20,000 nt of DNA from Psammoneis japonica (lineage: Eukaryota). The notes under the pieces were generated by a model, which was not told the DNA's origin, ran no database searches, and worked only from the letters and a program-made list of their open reading frames with translations. Positions 1-8,784 of the stretch are shown here, piece by piece. The stretch's first letter is position 1. Every line of letters begins with the position of its first letter. Made by a program: the position numbers and the translations under genes. Location: positions 795,111 to 815,110 of the forward strand of contig QPGO01000023.1 of NCBI GenBank assembly GCA_008632985.1, written 5' to 3'.

Positions 1-644
1 TCGATCGTCGAATAGAGATCCTCCAGCGAAGAAATATTCTCCGAAACGAATCGTACCCGGTGCAACCTTTCGGGATACACTCGCAACGTCACCTGGTAGA
101 CGATGCCCAACATTCCCTGATGCGTGCGGAGAAAGTAGGTCAGATCGTCTTCGTCTTTCGAAACCGTCTTGAGAGACCCGTCCGCCAGGACGAGGCGGTA
201 TTCCACCGCATCGGCGGAAAATTTGGCGTGCCGACCCCCGGTGGCGACGGAAAGGTCGTACATGGGCGTGGAGGAAATGGCCCCGATGGAAAAGTTGCCA
301 AACAAGGGCACGACGCCGGGCTGAAAGCCCGTTCCCCTCAGGCCGTCCAGCAGCTGTCGCATCGTCGCACCGGCCTCGACCGTCACCAGACCGTTTTCGT
401 CGGGCGTTCCGACGCGGTTCATGTCCGAAAGGTCGAGGACGAGGTCGTTGTTTTCGGAACCGGACGAGGCACCGTCGGGGAGGGTGAGGGATCCCACCGA
501 GTACCGACCGCCGAGGACCTTGACCCTCCCGTCGGTTCCTCGGACCAGCTCTTGGATCTCCCGCACGTCCCTGGGCTTTCTCACCACGACGCTACCACCG
601 AGGTCGGAGCGGTATCGACGGTTGACGCTGAAAAGGGTGGTCAT
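1..644 (-). CDS. FAD-binding PCMH/VAO-type oxidoreductase (FAD_binding_4; aldonolactone-oxidase-like), 3' end outside window
   Basis: Manual translation from ATG 644, open to the window edge: MTTLFSVNRRY...VVRKPRDVREIQELVR...VKVLGGRYSVG...LVLDLSDMNRV...LVTVEAGATMRQLLDGL...FSIGAISST...EYRLVLADGSLKTVS...HQGMLGIVYQVTLRV. These blocks match the FAD_binding_4 pattern. The frame stays open upstream to about 755, so the true start is uncertain. Confidence 0.8.
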   Translation of the reverse strand, partial: MTTLFSVNRRYRSDLGGSVVVRKPRDVREIQELVRGTDGRVKVLGGRYSVGSLTLPDGASSGSENNDLVLDLSDMNRVGTPDENGLVTVEAGATMRQLLDGLRGTGFQPGVVPLFGNFSIGAISSTPMYDLSVATGGRHAKFSADAVEYRLVLADGSLKTVSKDEDDLTYFLRTHQGMLGIVYQVTLRVYPERLHRVRFVSENISSLEDLYSTI

Positions 645-917
645 CTTTCTTCCTTCGATCCGATCTCTGTGGCCATGGCTCTTCGGCGCTGTAATGGACG
701 ACGACACCACGCCCAAAAAGATCGGGGAAAAGATCAACAAGATCAGAAGATAACCTTACTTTTTCTTCGCCCTTAGGTGCTCTTCAGGTCTAGCTTCAAT
801 ACTTACCCCATCAACTGAAAACTTGGGAGCCAAGAGCATCCTCGACCGCATCCGCCGACATGGAGCATAGAGCATGATGGAGCTGGGAGCACTGATGTGG
901 TGGGGCAGGATCACCCT

Positions 918-925
918 GCGCCAAA
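918..925 (-). promoter_or_regulatory. E2F-like site TTTGGCGC upstream of SLX1
   Basis: gcgccaaa at 918-925 is the reverse complement of TTTGGCGC, about 140 nt upstream of the SLX1 ATG. Motif match only. Confidence 0.3.
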
Positions 926-1063
926 AAAGTGAAGTTATCGTAGGATTTTACGCAACGAGTACTATGACGTGTCATCTTGAACAAAAAATTCGCAAAAATA
1001 TAACGGTCACCAAGAGGACGACGCAGGAACACAAAAAATGGCAAAACAAAACAACGCCGTGCC

Positions 1064-2475
1064 ATGGAGAGCGGATCCGAGTCAGATGATACACACGAGA
1101 GGAGGCCGCGGCGCGTAATACGGGCGACCCATTTCCACTGCTATCTCCTCCGATCGCTGGATCCAAAGCACCCACATAAAACGTACATTGGCTTTACGAC
1201 GAATCCTCACAGACGACTTCGGGAACACAATGGTGATTTAAAGAACGGTGGTGCTCGCAGGACCCGTCGTTCAGGAAGACCGTGGCAGTTTGTTTTGGTG
1301 GTTCACGGATTTCCAGATCAAACGACAGCGCTGCAATTCGAATGGGCGTGGCAACATCCCAAAAAATCTCGGCACATTCGAAACGCAATTGGCGATGACC
1401 AAGCCGTTGCCTTGTCTCGAAAACGGGGCATCCGAGCTCAATTGCTGGTGCTAAAGACACTACTCACCGAATGCGAGTCATTTTCGCAGTATTCCTTGGA
1501 TGTGCACTTTTTGCAGAAACAGCATATGGATGAATTCTCTCGGGCGGCGGACGATCTTGCGTTGCCTGGACACATGACACAAGCCGTGATTGCCGTCGAG
1601 GACATGCCCTTTTGGGAGGACTGTGAAACGAAAAAGACGAGAAAGAAGATTCCTGGCCGGCCTTCAAAAGCGAAATTGACGACAAAGTGCAAGCTGTATT
1701 GCTTCTTGTGCGGGTCGTCGGTGATGGACAAGGAAGTCCCTTTCACGTGTGTCGAGTGCGTTACGGTGTTCCACGAATGCTGCTTGGAATATCATCTCGA
1801 GGACGAAGGGATTGACTCATCATGTCGTGATGTAAACTGGTAAGATATTGAGTCCCGGTACTTGTTTATTCGACGAATCTACTTTGTTATTTCTTGGAAC
1901 GCACTCCTAAACTTATTATTTCTCTGATAATTATCAGCCCTTCTTGCAAAAGTAGCTTGGATTGGTGCCCCGATGAGAGCTTTTATGCTGAAAACGAAAA
2001 GAGGGTTTGCCAGGATATTGGTAATTTGGACATTTCTGACTCGTCCGAGGAGAATTTCGATGGTTTGGCTTCTGACGATGACGCTTCATTTACGAATGCT
2101 CGAGGTAGTAAAGTGGACAGCATGGAACAATCTCGCGGTCGTAAAGTTGTGTCCAGTAGCGACGATGAAGATGATTCGCACAACTCCATCATGGGCATTG
2201 AAAGCACCTTGCATGACTATGAAGAAAGTTTTGAAAGCAGCGACGACGAGAGGCTTGACTATCGTGGCGGACGTGTGCCTAGCTTTGACGACCATGAATA
2301 TGCATCTTCTCCTGATTCAACGAGACTCACGAATACGTCCCAACAGTTGTCGAAAACTCCTGTAGTGCTTGATCTGACGTCTCCTGAGCCCTTTGCTTCG
2401 GATGAAAGAAACGAGTTCCACACCAATAATTATACCCGTGCGGATCACGTCACCGTGATTGATCTTTGTGACTAA
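1064..2475 (+). CDS. SLX1: Structure-specific endonuclease subunit SLX1 (GIY-YIG + RING/PHD-type zinc finger + acidic tail); exons 1064-1839, 1938-2475
   Basis: FHCYLLRS...[18 protein letters not shown]...GGARRT...RPW...VHGFP...[11 protein letters not shown] is the SLX1 GIY-YIG signature. Intron 1840-1937 (GTAAGA...ATCAG) restores the last CPSC pair of the finger CFLC...CVEC...HECC...CPSC. Confidence 0.93.
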
Positions 2476-2799
2476 CAATTGAAGCTTAAAGTAAACAGCG
2501 CATTGTCCGACTCCGATAAGAAGTTGCACCGAATCTTTCATCTAGCTGCTTCTAGCGTGTTGTTCCGATGTACTTTTGTCAATAATGAAGTTTTCCCCCA
2601 TATATTCTGAATTCGGTCGAAGTAGAAGAGAAGTACTAATTTAGTTTACAATGTACAGTGAATGTTCAATGTAGCGAGCTACGCGGAGTAGGTGATACTG
2701 GTAGCTACATAACTTGAGCCCAATGACACACAAGAGGGCAAATTCAAATAGAAAGGTGAAACGACCCGTGCAAATAAAGCATGATCCCCCACACTTGCT

Positions 2800-3210
2800 C
2801 TAAATAACTTCCGCGTCGTCTGGCGTAGCGGATGGCATCTCGGCTACTACTTCCGCCGAAACGTTCTGTGACGCAGACTTTGCTCTTTTGAAGTACTGGT
2901 ATCCTAAAAACAGCCACAAACAGCCGACCAAGAGAACAATGGTTGGATACAGCCAGCTTTGATAGTAGCTTCCACATGAGCATCCGCTCGGGCATTTTGG
3001 ATTTACCGGACCAAAGAGGAGGATGGCAAGGAGTATCTTGACGAAGGCCATGAAGAAGAGCCCTTTGTAAGAGGCATCAAGGTGCTGATCCATCCAGCTT
3101 CGGCCCACTCGTCGACACAGAACACAGAAGACGGTCAAGCACAACGAAAAGATCGAAACCGCACGAAAGCGGTCGACTTCGTTATCCCATTTTTCTTGGC
3201 AAGTACTCAT
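2800..3210 (-). CDS. Hypothetical small membrane protein (about 136 aa, 3 hydrophobic segments, CPSGCSC loop)
   Basis: ORF from ATG 3210 with three TM-like stretches (AVSIFSLCLTVFCVLC; GLFFMAFVKILLAILLFG; WLYPTIVLLVGCLWLFLGY) and an acidic tail. No family recognised. Confidence 0.65.
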   Translation of the reverse strand: MSTCQEKWDNEVDRFRAVSIFSLCLTVFCVLCRRVGRSWMDQHLDASYKGLFFMAFVKILLAILLFGPVNPKCPSGCSCGSYYQSWLYPTIVLLVGCLWLFLGYQYFKRAKSASQNVSAEVVAEMPSATPDDAEVI

Positions 3211-3778
3211 GGTCAAAAGTAACCACGTAGCGTGCTTTGTTCAGACAAAAAACAGTGGAGCTGTTTTGGTTTGCAACCTCTATTACGGAGACAGCGACAA
3301 CGCGTGGAATTGAGAACGGTGCGAGTGTTGTTGAGCTGACGCATGGTTCGCACGTTACGTCTTGATCCGCGGCTTCTGGGTCGTGGTTTGGCGGCGCGTT
3401 TGACACCTCTGACACATTGATAACCAGGAAACATAAAGTCAACTGGTCCTCTTCCATCCATCCCGCTACTAGCTACTAGCGTATCTACAATGGCTTCCTC
3501 CAACTTTGTCAGGGATTGTTAGTCCATATGATGCTAACACCATCTTCAATCTTGCTTCGAGAAGCTCATTGATGGCTATCATTCGTTCCATTCTCAATCG
3601 CCTTTTCATAAATCCGTTGAATGGAAAATCCGCGAGTATCAGGACTAAAAGATGCTTCCATTTCCCGTTTAGTGTCAGTCCCTTTTTGTTGCTCACTTGT
3701 AGCAAGCTAAACCAGAAGAAAACGCGCTGCTTCTTATATCTCGCATTCGTGACTTCATTTCTGATTCAGAGTTCGACT

Positions 3779-5763
3779 TCATTTCTTTCTCCCCTTGTTC
3801 TTTTTGATTGCTCGTTTCTTGTCTTTCTTCTTAATTTTCGTAAGACGTTTCTCACTTTTCGCTTCCTTCACGGCTTTCTTGTTGGCCTTCCTCGCCGCCC
3901 GCTGAGCTTGCTTGGCGGCTTCAACCTCTTCTGGTGTCTTTGGTGGAATTTTCTCGTATCGCTCTGGGGTAAGGTCATCGTCGTCCGGATCGTCTTGGCT
4001 TTGGTCTTCATCTGAGAACTCGCTGTCTCCATCAATATCGCTGTTTTCGTTGGCGAGCGGATCACTGTCATCACCACGGAAACGCGAAACTGGCACATCA
4101 CCAGATTGAGTGGTGGCAGACGACAGAATGGATTGAACCGACTTTGTCATGACATCGTCCCGACCTGTTTTTCGAGCCACTGCTTCCACCACATTCTTGT
4201 TGCCTGTCAATGCCGCTACGGCATGTGCATAGGTTTCTTCTACCTCGCCGTCTTGCAATTTCTGAATCTCGTGATCTGCAACTTGATTCAAACTTCTGGG
4301 CAAGAACTGACTCATAAAGACTGCCTCGTCAACGGCTTCCCGCTGCGTTTCTTCTCTTCGTGTTTGATCCGATTCTTGGTTCAAACGTTTCGACACCTCG
4401 TTGACATGCTCCATTATGGAGTCCAAACACGCCGATTCCGTCTCTACTGTGCCATCTTCGAGAGGCGCGGTAACGAATTCAAACAGCTGTCGCGTTGACA
4501 TGACATTGAGTCCTCCCGTCTTTCGGAAAAAGTCATTCACGTTGGATGCATCTTTTCGGAGAAAGTCCAACGCCGAGGGATGGTCAGATTCAACGCTTTG
4601 ACTGACATCAATAACATAAACTTCATTGTTGTGCCAGAGCAAGTTATATTCGCTCAAGTCGCCGTGTACCAGTTTGCACCTCTGATACATTCGTCTCATA
4701 ATCACAACGGTTTGAACATAGGCTTCCCTCATGCGTCGTTCACTCAATGACGCGTCCTTGAGACGTGGGGACGGCCATCCTCCTTCTCCCAAGAATTCCA
4801 TCACCAAGACATGGGACTTTAGTAGAACGGGAGTGGGACAGGGAATGGACGCAGCGTGTAGCCTCCTGTAGTTGCGCATCTCTTTCTCAGCCCAAACCTT
4901 GACCATCTTGCGTGGATTGGATTTGCCTGAAAAGTAGTTGAGCAGATGAGCAGGTGAGACGTGTGTATGGCGAAGATGTCAGAGTAACCAGCCACTTATA
5001 GAGACTGCTCCAGGAGCAACTTACAATAACCTTTTCTCCACCGATGCTCTCCCGCAACATACTTGTCGCGATCTTTGAAAACAAGAATGCTCGTCTTGTA
5101 TATTTTAATAGCATATTCTGTCACATGAGCAGCTTCTGGAGGAAGAGCTGGTCCCTTGTGTTGTTGCTGAGTCACCACCTTTGAATTTATCTCAGAGGTT
5201 CCCTCCTGAGTACTTTTCTTCTTCCTCCCGGCCTTGGCATAGTAAACGTTTGCTTCCTTCCCAGTACTCAAGCAGCCATCAATAAGCTCCAAGAAGCCAC
5301 TACTTAATAACCTAAACAACAAAAGCCGAGTTCGTGGATCAAGACACTGTTCGCTGGTAGCACGGTCGTCACGACCAGTGTGCGTTGCTTTCTTGGTTGT
5401 TTCCATGTGTTGCATTCTCGTTACGGAGTTCGACACGGTATGAGAAAAGTTCATAGTCTTGGAGGGGAGAGTGTTACTACCCGACGACAAAGACCCGTTA
5501 GAAAAAGAAAAAGACGCCTGACCCATGATATCGTCAAACTCATCATCGATATCTTCGTCTTCGTAATCCTCCTCGTCCTCGTCGAAATCCTCTTCCATGC
5601 GTTCTTCAAGATGTTCTTTCTCGGTGCGACTCATGGGTGAAGTCTCTTCCATACTGATCTTCTCTCGTATCATCTCTACAAACAGATTCTCATCTTCTTC
5701 AGCATCTTCAAACTGACCATCCGTCGTTGACCTGGACAGCGCTTCAGTCGCTAACGCCGCCAT
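3779..5763 (-). CDS. RIO1: Serine/threonine kinase RIO1; exons 5763-5025, 4926-3779
   Basis: DRATSEQCLDPRTR, STGKEANVY, AIKIYKTSILVFKDRDKYVAGE, NPRKMVKVWAEKEMRN, LVHGDLSEYN, IDVSQSVE-DHP, and a Lys-rich C-terminus. Intron 4927-5024 (GTAAGT...TTTTCAG) joins YC-KSNPRKMV. Start placed at MAALATE. Confidence 0.96.
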
Positions 5764-6332
5764 GGTTGTCCCTTTTGTGTTTGTGGTCAGTCGTCGGTCG
5801 TCGCTCGGTGGCAGGTTGCTCCAATACGCGCACTTTGCGCGTGCATGCAATGGCTGGTAGGTGGCGGGCTAATGTGTGTCTGTCGTTCGTCAGGTTCGCA
5901 AGCAAAACTGCTGTTGTTACGTACGCATTGGTACAACTTCTACGTTTTGCCTTTTGTACCAGATGTCCACGTTAATTGTACGATTATATTCGCTAGACAA
6001 TCTGTATACTTAAAAATAGATCCGTTGGTTTTTGTTACCTTCATGTATTTGAATCTGAAGATTGCAATCATTCAAACCGTCACAAATTCACGCTTCGAGT
6101 GCACAAAGAGGGCGACACGTGAGACACAACATCGTTGGTTGAAGCCATTGACGTTGTTGCGATAGGACGGAACCAAGACTGTTCATTTGATACATACCAG
6201 GACCTACTCTCTTGTTGACTAGTAACATATTTGCTTTGCCGCAGAGTCGACGTGTTTGTCAAGAATAGCAATCGCTCGAGCGCTCTGTCGGACTCCAGAC
6301 TTCTTTTGAAATTTGGAGCATTTCTTTCAAAG

Positions 6333-8591
6333 ATGGTGAGTCGCTGTTCAGAAAACAAAGAAGACTTTATTTATTGCAGTGATGACTCACATTGTAAGCT
6401 GTATTACCCTCCCTATTGTGACTCACAGAGCGAAGCACCACCGGCACCGTTTTCGGTCGGGAAGATGAAGAGAAGTCGTTTGGTATTTGGTGATCTCGTG
6501 ATGATTGAGGACGCAAAAGCGAACCAGAGTGCCAACAGCCTCGCGTATTCTCCATCGACTGTTCCAAGTTCCGATGAGAAATCGTCACGCTGGGCTACCC
6601 AATCACCGTTTGCCCCGAGCTTTCTTGACGACAGCAAGGCGTCAATCTCTACCATCGACGCGGTCGACCAAGAGGAAGTTGCCAAGGAAAACCTTCCTCA
6701 GAAAGGAAATACTCATAGCATCAAAGAAAACCTTAGCTCCACGTTCAATGAATCAAAGGCGAAGGAGCGATCTGAATTGCGTCGCATTCTTGGCGCAAAG
6801 ACTCAGGCTGCCATCAATAACGCTACGGAGAGCGTCAACAGACCTTGAATGCATCCAGAGTGTCAAAGAAGAACTCCCGGCAACAGAGAGCAGCAAAGAG
6901 TGCCGAAGTCCACAGCAAGTGGAAAGACGAAAACGAGGATGCGAAAGCGTTCAACGCCGAAGCGGAGAAAAGTCGGCGCCAGCTCTTGCATATCCAACGC
7001 CAGTTCTCCTCCCGCGTGTACCAGGCGAAAGCGAAGCATCACCTTGACGAGAAGCAGGCTCGACTGAATGAAATTGAAAACGAGTCACAGTTCAAGTCCC
7101 AAGTACATCGTGAGCACCAACGAAGTCTAAAGGAAGAGGAGGAGAGACGACGTAGAGCATCCATCGATGCAAGAGCTCAACTTCGTAAGAACCATCGCGC
7201 CGGAGAAGAAAAGATGAGGCTGCAAGCTGTTGATGAGCATATGGCTCTAATGGAAGAGCGTCACGAGAGCAGCATAGCATGGAGGGAGTCCAAGAAAAAT
7301 CTGGCTGCAGAACGGCGAAAGAGTTTTGCTTTCCGTAATGGCGATGCGCGTCGAATTCGCGAGCTTCACAAGGAAATGGAGAATCAACGTCAGAAGGAAG
7401 AGTCAGAGAGCTATCAATTGAAGTGGGATGGCGAGGAGGACGCCAAGGCTTACCAAAGGCAACTTCAAAAAGAAAAGAGGGATAGTCTTGCCTTTCGGAA
7501 CAAAGAAGGGCGTAGGCAGCGGCACGAAGACAAGAATCGCGCGATTGCAGAATCGATAGAGAGCACGAAAGCTACGAATTGAAGTGGCAGGGCGAGCGAG
7601 ATGCACAAAACTATCAGAAGCAGCTTGCCGATGAGCGGAGAGATAGCTTTGCTTTCCGAAATCAAGAGGGAAGGAGGCAGCGGAACGAGGAAGCCGACCG
7701 TCTGGTTGAGGAGCAGGATCTTCAGCATGCCAGCTATGAGCTCAAGTGGATGGGGGAGAGAGATGCTGAAGCCTACAAAAGGCAGATGGAAAAGGAGAGA
7801 CGAGAGAGCCTGGCCTTTCGAAACAAGCAAAGAGCGCAACATCAAAACATAATGCAGGAACTACAGCAACTCTCACGCGAGCAAGAGACGGAATCGTATG
7901 TGTTGAAATGGGCTGGCGAAGACGACGCGAAAGCCTATTTGGCAAAGCTCGAGGAAGAACGCCGTCAATCGCTCAACTTTCGTAATAAAGAAGGAGCCCG
8001 ACACCGTGCATTGGAAGCAGAAGAACACGAAAAAGCGGTAGAGGCAGCTCACGAAGAGGAAGAGTTGCAGGCTGGTTGTAAGTATCTTGGCGAAAGACTA
8101 TCCATTTCCCTCTTCCGTCAACCAAACTGACCACTGTGTTTCTTATTTGCAGGTCGAAAAGATGTTGAGCAGTACAAGAGAGACTGCGCAGCTAGAGATC
8201 GAGCCTCGCTTTGTTTCAGAGGGAAGGAGAAGCAGTTGCAGCGTGCAGAAGCAGCGAAAGCTAAATACGAGCAGAGTCTGGTTGATGAAAGAACCTGGCG
8301 TTGGAGGATGCCGCTAGAACAGACGTGAAAGCCTACATCGACGACTGTAAGAGGCGCCGCAGAATGTCACTAGCTCTCCGAGCCAAAGAGAAGAGGGAGC
8401 ACGCCAGGTGGGAAAGGCGCCAGAAGGAGAAGAAAATAGCAGCGAAACATCGTGACACCCGCGATCAAGCTATGGACCAACGATACGTCGAACTAGCGCG
8501 GCAACAAGAAAGAGCACGCATTGCAATGGATGCAATCCGTCACACTGGCCGGAATTTCGCCGTCAATCCTTTCGGCTCGATTCTTGAGTAG
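6333..8591 (+). CDS. Uncharacterised E/R/K-rich helical protein with 54-aa tandem repeats; introns 6336-6428 and 8078-8152; three apparent 1-nt deletions (about 6840, 7530-7560, 8288-8290)
   Basis: Consecutive + ORFs share one repeat register. ATG|GTGAGT...CTCACAG gives an ATG-only first exon. Removing intron 8078-8152 (GTAAGT...TTGCAG, 75 nt) restores the exact 162-nt period. Confidence 0.8.
7100..8450 (+). repeat. Coding tandem repeat, 162 nt / 54 aa period, at least 8 units (consensus about ESYxLKWxGExDAxAY...ERRxSLAFRNxEGxRxR)
   Basis: Repeat Ser codons start at 7160, 7322, 7484, 7645, 7807, 7969, 8206 and 8367 (spacings 162, 162, 161, 162, 162, 237 minus 75 intron = 162, 161). KW codons start at 7421, 7582, 7744 and 7906. 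Confidence 0.92.
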
Positions 8592-8784
8592 AAATGCTTC
8601 TCCCCGGGGTTTTCCATTAGATGAACTGAACGATTGTGTTGTACTTTGAATGAGACGGGGACTCGGGCTGTATCCGCTATCTGGTAACAACAATGTTTGC
8701 ATAAGACACCCTATACGTAGTTAGAAACAAACTGCTTATCATGATATTTGAAAACGAATTCATAACAGTCACCCGGCAACCCCC

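Noticed and set aside
60..776. 238-aa and 110-aa plus-strand ORFs
   Set aside because: Antisense shadows of the GC-rich minus-strand FAD oxidoreductase, with no motifs of their own.
645..811. Upstream signal-peptide-like extension or extra exon for the oxidoreductase (GYLLILLIFSPIFLGVVSS)
   Set aside because: No in-frame ATG, and the GT-AG pairs I tried gave a stop or the wrong frame. It may be a pyrimidine-rich UTR intron. Left unresolved.
1064..1400. GIY-YIG domain as a homing endonuclease or Penelope-like retroelement
   Set aside because: It has SLX1-specific motifs and zinc finger, and there is no reverse transcriptase or terminal repeat.
3506..4015. 169-aa hydrophobic plus-strand ORF
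   Set aside because: Phe/Leu richness simply mirrors the Lys/Glu-rich RIO1 tail on the opposite strand.
7100..8450. 162-nt periodicity as a CRISPR array or satellite
   Set aside because: Conservation is at the protein level with variable third positions, it crosses an intron, and there is no repeat-spacer structure.
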